A program made the position numbers and the translations under genes. A stretch of DNA of 64,000 bases from Nemertoderma westbladi (lineage: Eukaryota > Animalia > Xenacoelomorpha). Numbering within the stretch: position 1 is the stretch's first letter; every line of letters begins with the position of its first letter. This document shows positions 1 to 10,142 of this stretch, piece by piece. The notes below the pieces were generated by a model. That model ran no database searches. It had not been told where the DNA came from and saw only the letters and a list, made by a program, of their open reading frames with translations. The stretch lies in assembly GCA_032718475.1 (NCBI GenBank), contig JAUCBJ010003973.1, positions 1-64,000 of the forward strand, in the 5' to 3' direction.

Positions 1-321
1 GTTTTTAAATAGTTTACGTACATACATTAAATACAAATAACTAATGACCAATCAGATTTTTATATAAAATGGCAGGAAATTCAAACTTTACCAAGAAAGA
101 GGTAACATTATATATAACCAATGGTAAGTAACAGTGCTTTAAGGTTGAACGAGAAAGTGAAAATATAAAAATCAAAATTGTTATGTTCATTTGTTCACTT
201 CGCATTGTGACTAAATAATATTATTTATAACGGCATCAAAGACAAATAATATAAGATAATAAATAACGGCAACAAAGATATGTGCAAATTAAATATACAT
301 AATTAAATACTAAAACATTGC

Positions 322-679
322 AAATGGTTTTGTTCAGAAGTGGAAAAAATGAGAAAGCGCGTCACCGGGGGTTGAACCAGCGCTATACGTACGTTTCGGC
401 CCAACAGGCCTCATCAGTAGCGCTAAAACCAGCTCAGCCACTAGCCCCTGACACTCGCAGTCCCACTTAATCCACCTCTATTGAACAGGCAGTCTTAAGT
501 TGCATATTCTATCTCCAGAGGACCTAACGGCGTAAAAAAGCGTATGCTAGAGTGAAACAGGAGGGAAGTATAATTAAATAAATATTTAGCTCGAAAAAAG
601 CCGAAACGTACGTATAGCGCTGGTTCAACCCCCGGTGACGCGTTTTCTCATTTTTTTCTACTTCTGAACAAAACCATTT
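322..679. mobile_element. Pol III (A/B box) element containing the hammerhead, with an inverted partial copy of its 3' half
   Basis: On the minus strand, A box TGGCTGAGCTGG (440-429) and B box GGTTCAACCCC (378-368) flank the ribozyme. Bases 322-399 recur inverted at 600-679. Confidence 0.7.
379..424 (-). ncRNA. Minimal type I hammerhead ribozyme
   Basis: Minus strand reads agcgcta-CTGATGA-ggcc(tgttg)ggcc-GAAA-cgtacg-TA^-tagcgct: intact core, 7-bp stem I, 4-bp stem II, palindromic minimal stem III, GUA cleavage triplet (cut between 386 and 385). Confidence 0.9.
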
Positions 680-797
680 ACATTATATCATTAATTACTG
701 ATAGTAACAATGTGTTGGCAAGCTGCATTTTTCGAGGTGTTTGTTATTATGCATTTATTATAGGAAGGGATCTAGCAAGCTGGAATGGCAGCTGGCT

Positions 798-956
798 TTG
801 AAATTAATACTCCATATCTCAAGAACCTGTGGCCTAGTGGTTGTTGTGTCGGCTTTCACCCCGAGGTCCCAGGTTCGAATCCGACACCACGCTGATGAGA
901 CCCAGTAAGGTCGAAACGCGTACGTGGTTTGGAGAGATATGAGATATTAATTTCAA
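798..956 (+). mobile_element. tRNA-Glu-derived SINE-like element with hammerhead ribozyme and ~23-bp terminal inverted repeats
   Basis: A box TGGCCTAGTGG (830-840), anticodon arm tcgg-CTTTCAC-ccga, B box GGTTCGAATCC (872-882). Flanked by ttgaaattaatactccatatctc and gagatatgagatattaatttcaa. Confidence 0.75.
886..928 (+). ncRNA. Minimal type I hammerhead ribozyme
   Basis: accacg-CTGATGA-gacc(cagtaa)ggtc-GAAA-cgcg-TA^-cgtggt: canonical core, 6-bp stem I, cleavage predicted after 922. Confidence 0.9.
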
Positions 957-1276
957 GAAAAATTACGCGATTCCTAAATTTGTACACTGCCCGGTTAAAA
1001 AGTACGCATGTGATGGGATTAGTCCTACAATTGCGCCAATAAAAGATAAGTTATTTTCGGTAAAATAAACTTATCATTCGAGGTAAAGACCCCTAGATCC
1101 CTTCCTATAATAAATGCATTATTAATTACAGTTGAACAGCTCATCTCCAATTGATTTAAAACATTGAAAAGCAGAAATACCAGAATAAATACAACAAAAG
1201 TCAAAGTAGAAGACATTACAGAAGTCAAGCAATGGGGTTTACCGATAAAACTACATGATGTTATGTTGCTATACAA

Positions 1277-1600
1277 AATAATAATAATAATAATAATAAA
1301 CTATTATTTATATAGCGCCCAACTCGATAAATAGATTCTAAGGCGCTGATGACCCATTTAGATATTAAAAGCTCTATTGTAGAGTTCTGTTTTTAAACCG
1401 AAAAGTAAATAATTACAAAAAAAGTAAGTAATTCAGCATGTAAGGTAAACTTACGGGAGATACTAAATTGCTTGGCAAAATATATAAAACTACTTTTAGG
1501 TAATAAAGTCGATTGGTTTGGGTGCAGCATTCGGTGGCTATTCCACTAATATATTAAATTCGATTTCCTAAAAACTAAGTTACTTTTCACATTGAGCACA
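1277..1600 (-). mobile_element. Degenerate 3' end of an L2/CR1-type LINE
   Basis: Minus strand ends agcgccttaga...gggcgctatataaa...(tta)n, a typical L2-type stem-loop plus microsatellite tail. The upstream boundary is uncertain. Confidence 0.4.
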
Positions 1601-1777
1601 ATACTCTCGAAAGAAATTATAAGAACATAACCATATAATAATAACTTTTAAAAGCAGCACATATAAATAACTAAAATTGAAAATAAACCTAGTGCGAAAC
1701 GTAAAAAATTTATAGCTCTCATTATTTCTAAGTGAAAGTGTTTTCGAGATTTACTTTACTTCATGGGAAATTACAGG

Positions 1778-2310
1778 ACAATTCCGACAAGGAAAATTCC
1801 AACCCGGAAAAAATCTGACCTGAACAATTCCAACACGGAAAATTCCAACCCGGACAAAATCTGGCCTGAACAATTCCGACACGGATAATTCAAACCCGGA
1901 CAAAATCTGACCTGAACAATTCCGACACGGAAAATTCTAACCCGGACAAAATCTGACCTGAACAATTCCGACACGGAAAATTCCACCCCGGACAAAATCT
2001 GGCCTTAACAATTCCGACACGGAAAATTCCAACCCGGACAAAATCTGGCCTTAACAATTCAGACAGGGAAAATTCAAACCCGGACAAAATCTGACCTGAA
2101 CAATTCCGACACGGAAAATTCCAACCCGGACAAAATCGGGCCTTAACAATTCCGACACGGAAAATTCCAACCCGGACAAAATCTGACCTGAACAAATCCG
2201 ACACGGAAAATTCCAACCCGGACAAAATCTGACCTGAACAATTTCGTACCGGAAAATTCCAACCCGGACAAAATCTGACCTGAAAAATTTCGTACCGGAA
2301 AATTCCGACA
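1778..2310. repeat. Tandem repeat, ~46-bp unit made of three 15-16-bp subunits, ~11 copies
   Basis: Unit aattccgacacggaa-aattccaacccggac-aaaatctgacctgaac is repeated directly. Confidence 0.95.
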
Positions 2311-2340
2311 AATAATAACATATATTATTAGAGGCGGGTT

Positions 2341-3501
2341 CTATTTTATAAGAAAACTCTCGCTGTCGGTAGTGAACGTACTCTCTTGGGTGTCCGAACG
2401 CAAGCGAATCCTGGGGATATCTACGTCATCGTCGCTAAACAACCCGGCCCCGGCTACCCGGGCTGTCAACCCCCCCACCAAGGGGGAGGAGGGACTATGG
2501 CGTAAATAAACTATCTGCCTTTTAACTAGAATAACCCCGATAGCGGCTAGAATAATCCCGCAACCAACCCATTCTACTAGGCCTAAACGCTCTTGAGGTA
2601 GAAAAACCGCCTGTAGAATAAAAGCGAAAACAACATCGCTAGTTCTAGCTATATTTATTATAGGTGCCTTTTCTACCGTGACAGCTTTGATAAAGAATAC
2701 CTCAGAAATTAAAGCTAATACGCCGATAGTTAATATAGTTATACGGGTTATTGGGGGACAGGGTGGCCAAGTTAGGTGATGTAGAGAGAATAATAGAGGG
2801 GATATAAGTAGAATTCCAAGTAGGGAAGAGTAGACTATAGGGAGAGAGTAGTGGAGGAAGGAGGAAGTCTTTCTTAAACAGATGTAGGAAATAGAGAGGA
2901 AGAGGGCCGAGCCTAGAGAGGAAACTGCGGCCCAAATGTGATTAGGGAAGTATATTGTGTCGGCTTGAAGTTTCTCTATAGGGGCGAAAATAAATTCGGG
3001 GCGAGACACTAATAGCACGCCTAGTAAAGCGAAACAACTAGATATTATATCGATAATTCCGAGTTTCTCCTTTAAGAACCACCAAGAGAGAACCACTGTG
3101 AATACTGGGCTGCTGAAATATATTAGAGTGGCTTCCGCGAAGGGCATGTTGTGTAACGACCAATAGAAGAGGAGGGTCGAGATCGCGTTGCTAAGACCGT
3201 AGGCCAATAGGATAAGGAGACGGAGTTTACTGTGAGTCGGGATTGGTTGGATTTCCGTTTTGATTAGTTTAGGAGTTAGGCAGAGGAGTAGAATTAGCGA
3301 ACGGGTTATGTAAAGTTCGTCGAAATGGATATCGTTCTCCGCGAATTCCGCGACGAATAATCCGCTGATACTGGCGAGTAGACCGCTGCCGGTAGCCAAT
3401 AGGATGCCGCGCCACGGAGTTAGGCATCTTTGGAAGAAGGAAGATGATTGGATGGTTGAGTTTGTTTCGGTGCGAAAAGCTCTGACACGGGCTCGATTCA
3501 T
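2341..3501 (-). CDS. SLC35G1: SLC35G/TMEM20-like EamA (DMT superfamily) membrane transporter, single-exon CDS
   Basis: 386-aa ORF with ~10 hydrophobic segments and two EamA-like halves (MPFAEATLIYFSSPVFTVVLSWWFLKEKL; EKAPIINIARTSDVVFAFILQ). Paralog assignment is tentative. Confidence 0.85.
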   Translation of the reverse strand: MNRARVRAFRTETNSTIQSSSFFQRCLTPWRGILLATGSGLLASISGLFVAEFAENDIHFDELYITRSLILLLCLTPKLIKTEIQPIPTHSKLRLLILLAYGLSNAISTLLFYWSLHNMPFAEATLIYFSSPVFTVVLSWWFLKEKLGIIDIISSCFALLGVLLVSRPEFIFAPIEKLQADTIYFPNHIWAAVSSLGSALFLSISYICLRKTSSFLHYSLPIVYSSLLGILLISPLLFSLHHLTWPPCPPITRITILTIGVLALISEVFFIKAVTVEKAPIINIARTSDVVFAFILQAVFLPQERLGLVEWVGCGIILAAIGVILVKRQIVYLRHSPSSPLVGGLTARVAGAGLFSDDDVDIPRIRLRSDTQESTFTTDSESFLIK

Positions 3502-3725
3502 TATGATGGGTGAGTTGCCAGAGTAGATACCAGTCCGGATTAAGTTATGGTAAGTAGATGGTCTGTCTGTAAGATTTTAATCGTGTATATTATGTTATTA
3601 CCGGCACTGTATTAGCATTCATTGTCGGTAGGTCCGTTTGAGTTTGACTGATTCGCTTTTTGTGAATCGATTTGATAAAGTTTCAACTCAGTGCAGCACT
3701 AGCACTGTATTTATCCACAGCAACG

Positions 3726-3745
3726 ATGGCGAAGCCCGATTTGAC
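3726..3745 (+). CDS. Possible short first coding exon (MAKPDL-) of a divergently transcribed gene
   Basis: caacgATGGCG start context followed by a GTAAGC donor at 3746, about 225 bp from the SLC35G start. No downstream exons identified. Confidence 0.2.
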
Positions 3746-5392
3746 GTAAGCCGTACTGCCGAACCACGAGTAGTCTCCAATAACCAATAATCAATTGCTC
3801 AATTCAATAAGCCTACTCAGCTTACATATATTACAGTATTACAATTACATTAAATTCTGAAATCAGTAGGGCCTATCTGCCTATATCACACAATCAGTAT
3901 ATCTCCTTTTACATTTAGAATACTACAATATATTGATAGGGGTAGGGTTAGGCCTTTCTTTTACAATTACAGGTACTGTAATTGAATAATACAGCAAGCG
4001 AGCAGGGTCACGGTAATCACCATGAACCGTAATATAGTGTCATTTTCTGATGACACGGACACCCGACACCCCCCCCCCCCCAGATTTTTCTACAAATCTT
4101 TATCATCATATTGCTTGAAATTTGAAACACAACTAGTTCAACTCACCGCTGCACCGTCGTTGACCCCATGAAGCCGGAATTTTCGATTTCGCCTTTAAAT
4201 TTCTTTAATAAGCGAAATCGCATCCTCCGTATCATGGCTATTCTTCAGATTCACTCACTGAAGTATGCTGGCAGCAGCCAGCAGGTTTCTGGCTCTACCT
4301 GTGCAGCTGTGTGTGTAGGCCTACTTCAGTACTTCGAGACTTCTGTATAATTTGCAGCTTGGTGACTTGCACTTACAGGCTTACTACACACCTCATCTGG
4401 CTGCCTGGTGTCTGGCTGTCTCGTCTGGGTTTTCACTATTCAGGATAAGCCTGTGCCTCGCTGCCCTGCCAAACCGTAATGCAGTAAATTCATGAAATTT
4501 GGTGTATTCTGCTATTTATTACAGCAGTGCAGTATTAGGCCTACTTCTGTACTTACAAATCCAATTTTACGACAATCACAATGCCATCATAACATTTAAC
4601 ATTTCCAATTTCTGATTTGGTTTGGCCTTGGCTGTTTGGCACTAAACACTAAAGTACTACTGTACTACCTGTAATTACTAAAGTAATTAAATTTGTTTTG
4701 TGTTTCAGACTTGCAGACATTGGTGTCAGGGGCTGATGCCTGGAAGGATATTCAGATCGCTATTGGCCGGTGGATTGGAACATTGACAGAATTTTTGAGA
4801 AAAAAGACAATGACAGAATTAATAGGCCTACTGTAATACCTAACTAGAAGATACAGTGATACGTCTAACAGATTATTCTGGCAGTGTTTATAACAGTATA
4901 AAGAATGCAGTACAACTTCAGAAGTTTGTGAATTTACTGCTGTACCTGCAACCTGTCCCGGTACCATGTACTGTCACACTGTTATACTGAAATGCCAGAA
5001 TGCAGTGAATTACAGCCACAGCAGCAGAGCCACCAGCCAGTCACTGGAGACAGCCATACATTTAACTCTCCGGACCGCCCTATGCAGCTATGTCTACATG
5101 ACCAGATGACAGCATGATGTACCTGTGTACTGATGTATATTCCAGTATTCCTATATTCAGATATTACAGTACTGCACACTGCAGTACAGCAGTAGGCCTA
5201 TTACAAAATCAACAGCTGATAGATAATCAGCTGACCAGCTGATCCCAGTGAAACTTTAATGTTACTGCAGTACTGCATGGCATAACCATACAGTAGGCCT
5301 ACCCCTGCATACCTTAACCGTAGGCAATGGTTACTGGCTGTACGTGGCTCTTTCCTCTGTTTGGAGGTATGCTAGAAAAAAATAAGCATGCA

Positions 5393-6140
5393 GGGGTGTA
5401 AACGTTACACCGACAGCAGACAACCAACAGCCGTAAACCGAAAGCAGACAACTGACAGCAGACAACCGACAGCAGGCAACCGAGAAGACAACGCGACAGC
5501 AGGCAACCGAGAAGACAACCGACAGCAGACAACCGACAGCAGACAACCGACAGCAGACAACCGACAGCAGACAACCGACAGTAGACGACCGACAGCAGAC
5601 AACCGACAACCGACAGCAGACAACCAGCAGCAGACAACCGACAGCAGGCAACCGAGAAGACAACCGACAGCAGACAACCGACAGCAGACGACCTACAGCA
5701 GTCAACCGACAGCAGACAACCAGCAGCAGACAAGCGATAGGAGTCAACTGACAACAGACAGCCGACAGCAGACAACCGACAGCAGACAACCGACAGCAGA
5801 CATCCGACAGCAGACAACCGAAAGCGGAGAACCGGAAGCCGACAATCGACAGCAGACAACCGACAGCAGAGAACCGACAGCAGAAATCAGACAACCAACA
5901 GCAGACAACCAACAGCAGACAATCTCAGCAGACAACCGACAGCAGACAACCGACAGCAGACAACCGATAGCAAACAACCGACAGCAGACAACCGACAATA
6001 GATAACCAACAGCAGACAACCAACAGCAGACAACCAACAGCAGACAAACTCAGCAGACAACCTCAGCAGACAACCGACAGCCGACAACGGGTAGACGACA
6101 ACCGACAGCAGTCAACCGACAGCCGACAACGGATAGCCTA
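5393..6140. repeat. Minisatellite of 7/14-bp units (acaaccg/acagcag) expanded from a MITE terminus
   Basis: Begins gggtgtaaacgttacaccgaca, matching the TIR at 10886, then runs into ~50 degenerate 14-mers. Confidence 0.9.
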
Positions 6141-6305
6141 CTGCAAATGCCGAGTTTGCTGCCAATGACAATATGTCTCTTTCATTTATCGCCAGACCAA
6201 TAATTACCACCAAATGTAATAATGGGCATTACTTGGACCAGGTCACCCGAAAGTATTTTTGGCAGGCAAATTATCGTATACATTTTTTCTACTGTATATT
6301 AATAA

Positions 6306-6562
6306 AATTATACATTATACAACATTATACATTATACAACATTATACATTATACAACATTATACATTATACAACTTTATACATTATACAACATTATACAT
6401 TATACAACTTTATACATTATACAACATTATACATTATACAACTTTATACATTATACAACATTATACATTATACAACATTATACATTATACAACATTATAC
6501 ATTATACAACTTTATACATTATACAACATTATACATTATACAACTTTATACATTATACAACA
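6306..6562. repeat. 17-bp tandem repeat (cattatacattatacaa)n
   Basis: Direct repeats, ~15 copies. Confidence 0.95.
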
Positions 6563-7060
6563 ATTAAATTTCTTAGAAAAATAGACCAGCTAATGTCAGG
6601 TCTGAGTGAAATTCCCCCCCCCCCCCCGCCCCCTTCCCCATAAAGATAGGGGAAGAACTGAAAAGAAAACACAAGAAATAGAATAAAGGCAAGCTGTTAT
6701 TGTTCAGTGTTGTACGAGCGAGCGCAGAAGCGAGGTTTACATAATTAAATATATAGGGTCTTAAAATCTGTAAGGTGCCATTGTCCAATTATTAACCCTT
6801 TTCGGCTCGAATTATTTTTACTGGTTTAAAAAAAAATTTTTAGGTTAGATAAACTGAAAACATTCTAAAAGAACACATTAATGCCAAAAAAATTTTTTTT
6901 TTATTATTTGAATATTTTTAATGAATGTTGTTCAGGAACAACAATGAGCATTAATGGTAGCAATAATATTTGGTAAAATAGTATCAGATCCATCTTCCCC
7001 ACTATCTTTACTATCTGGTATGACAATTGAATACACCTTCTCTTTGTTCTGGTACTGAAC

Positions 7061-7822
7061 TACTACTTCTAGGATCGGCATGCTGCATTGGAGCTGTATT
7101 TTTAATAAAGCTTTGTCGGATTGTTGACAAAATTTCGCCGCAGCAACTCCATATCACCCGTGACATTTGCTAGATCATCCGCATCTTCAAAGCCAATGTC
7201 CTTCAAGATGCGTCTCAAGAAAGTCATGGGCTGTCCACCATGCTTATTCACCCAATGAGGCCTTCAAAACACAAGATCATGCACTGGCTGGTCCTCACGG
7301 CGAAAGCAATGTCCTGCAAAGCGGAGGCGACTTTGTTCTAGTGTCAAGCTTGGGGAACCAATGAGAGTCACCTCCACTGTTTTATAGTGTCTAGTTGGAG
7401 ATGTGTGCATTGTACTTCACACAGTGAACTACTACTACTACGATCGGCATGCTGCATTGCAGCTGCATTATATACATATATTACATAATATATATTAAGA
7501 ATGCTGTGCCGGCTTGTCGACAAAATTCGGCCGCCACAACTCCCTATCACCCATGATATTTTTGCTAGATCATCCGCATCTTCAAGGCCAATGGCCTTTA
7601 AGATGCGTCTCAAGAAATTCATGGGCTGTCCACCATGCTTATTCACTCCATGAGGCTGCCAAAGTACAAGATTATGCACTGGATGGTCCTCACGGCGAAA
7701 GCAATGTCCTGCAAAGCGGAGGCGATTTTATTCTAGTGTCAAGCTTGGGGGAACCAATGAGACACCTCCAATGTTATATAGTGTCTGGGTGGAGATGTGT
7801 GCATTGTACTTGACACAATGAA
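7061..7822 (-). mobile_element. Two tandem 3' fragments of an RTE-clade non-LTR retrotransposon
   Basis: Minus-strand translation RLRFAGHCFRREDQPVHNLVLWQ..G..KHGGQP..DTG..DL...M.DR..WR matches the RTE ORF C-terminus. (TAG)n tails. Copies at ~7061-7428 and ~7429-7822. Confidence 0.85.
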
Positions 7823-8791
7823 CCCGGCGTAGCATTCTTGTGAAAGTGTGAAATAAAAACTAATAACAGTGTAATTATAGCTTTCTTAAATGGGCAATGT
7901 TGTTGGGGGACAACAATCTTTAAAACAAAATAATTTCCAGTGACATTAAGTTTATCAGATTTAATGTAATTAATAGTTGGATTTACTAGATCTACATTAT
8001 AATGTTGAATATGGTTACCGAAAAGAAATATATATCACCCGTTTGACAATAATTTTAATATCGAATTATAAACATCGAGATAAAACATATATATATTGCA
8101 AAAAATCATACCAAATAAATCGAATATATACCCCCCCCCCCCCCCCCCCCCCGGTGGTGATGATGGTGAATGGTGAATCATACCAGGCAAAATTTCGAAA
8201 TCTTTCAATTTGAGCGATGTCTAATTGTTTATATAAAGCATTATCAATGAACACGTCATTAACAGAAAATGCGGGGTATTTTAAAACAACGCAGGTAATT
8301 TGAAGATGAAATGTTACAAGTTCTTTTCCAATGGTTATTTTGATTTCATTATTGGATCCCAGAAAACTTCGACGATTCCAAGTTTTTAATACTCAATCTT
8401 CGGGGGAACGAAGCAGTTGTCCACTCGGACTCGACTTCCTATTATATCCTGAGCAACCTGAGCAACCTGAGCATTTGTACGCTTTGCCGTCATTTATGGA
8501 ACCTAGAATAAATTTTTGCCGTATCTTCAGCTACTTTCATCTGCGCGACTGTAGGAACTTTTTTCTTCCCTTGTCTGTTTCCGGATCCCGGACCCTTTCT
8601 ACCAACTGTACTGGCCGCTACTGGCAACTATAAGGTCGCGAGTTTCTCTAATGTCCAATGAGACTCCCTTCAATCTATGAGGGCTTGACTTTTGTTTGTC
8701 TGTCTGTCTGTTTGTCACACATACAAAAAGCAAACAGTCGGCCGAAGCTGGAGGCGACCCGAAGGCTCCTCTTTCGATAGTGCTACCCGAG

Positions 8792-9775
8792 TGTAAGCGG
8801 ATTCAATTCCGTGCATTACCCACCGAAAATGGGACTAGTGGCATTTTACCAATACAGTTGGCGGGGTGACATTACCAATAATAATGTCACCTCATAACCA
8901 ACTGGGGCGACACACGCCGTAAGCCACAGAGAGAGGTGAGAGATCAAACCACCTCAGAGGGACAAACAAGCTAGTAAAGCTAGCACCAAGGGACAACGCC
9001 AACAGGGATTGGCGAGGTGACAATTAATCAGGCTAAGCCAATAGTGGGTGGGAAAGCACATTGGGGGTGAATAGAGCGCATCTATTGGATATTAAGGCCG
9101 CCCTGTAGTGTAGGACTAATGTAATATTATGTGTCAATGATATAACCGTTATGATTACTGATTATTAGTTAGTTGGTTCTCCTTATAGTTGTGGAACCGG
9201 AATAGTTTTGACCGTTGTCGTCGTCACTAACCGCTGTATTGCATGTTATTATTCCGATTGTGTTATTATCGATTACTGCCATTACTGCATTATTAACATT
9301 TAGTTATTCAGTAACTCAGTTATTTCCAACGGCCTTCGGCCTATTAGTACAGATTGACAGCTCAGCAGCTCAGGGATGCGGCGACGCGTACAACTCACAT
9401 ACCGGTCGGGAGCTGATATGCCAACTCAGCCCCATCACAATAACCAACTGGGGCAATACACGCCATAATCCCAGAGAGAGGTGAGAGGTCAAACCACCTC
9501 AGAGGGACAAACGAGCTAGTAAGGCTAGCATGAAGGGATGGTGACAACAGGGAGTGGCGAGGTGAGAATTGATCAGGTTAAGCCAATAATGGTGGGCGGG
9601 AAAGCACATTGGGGATGATTAGATATTGGATATTCGGGTCACTCAGTATCGTAGGGGTAATTTAACATGTGTCAGTGATATAACCGTTGTGATTATTGAT
9701 TTCCAGTTTAGTTGGTTGCTTACAGTTGTGAGACCGGAACAGTTTTGACCGTCGTCGTCGTCACTAACCGCTGTA
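8792..9775 (+). mobile_element. BEL/Pao-type solo LTR (8792-9439) plus a tandem partial duplicate (9440-9775)
   Basis: TGTAAGC...ATCACA termini; clear similarity to the LTR at 50104-50763. Confidence 0.8.
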
Positions 9776-9819
9776 CACACTACACGGTGTACACACACAC
9801 AATAACACATTGGCGTACA

Positions 9820-10101
9820 TACTACTACTACTAGTATCGGCATGCTGCATTGTAGCTGTATTTTTAAGAATGCTGTGCCGGCTTGTCTACAAAATTGCGC
9901 CGCCACAACTCCCTATCACCCATGAAATTTGCTAGATCATCCGCATCTTGAAGGCCAGTGTCCTTTAAGATGCGTCTCAAGAAAGTCATGGGCTGTCCAC
10001 CATGCTTATTCACTCCATGAGCCTGCCAAAGTACAAGATTATGCACTGGCTGGTCCTCCATGGCGAAAGCAATGTCCTGCAAAGCGGAGGCGACTTTGTT
10101 C
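9820..10101 (-). mobile_element. RTE 3' fragment (third copy)
   Basis: Same sequence as 7429-7735, with a (TAG)n tail. Confidence 0.85.
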
Positions 10102-10142
10102 ACACACACACACACACACAATAACACATTGGCGTACATACC

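Noticed and set aside
826-890. Functional tRNA-Glu gene
   Set aside because: No acceptor stem and a weak D-stem; treated as a SINE head fused to the ribozyme.
1346-1352. CTGATGA as another hammerhead core (also at 4047, 17623 and 23909)
   Set aside because: No stem II followed by GAAA and no stem I pairing.
1771-2321. ORFs of 74-143 aa
   Set aside because: Translations of the 46-bp tandem repeat.
5314-6643. Cys-rich or Gln/Thr-rich ORFs and YTLYN ORFs
   Set aside because: Products of minisatellites open in several frames.
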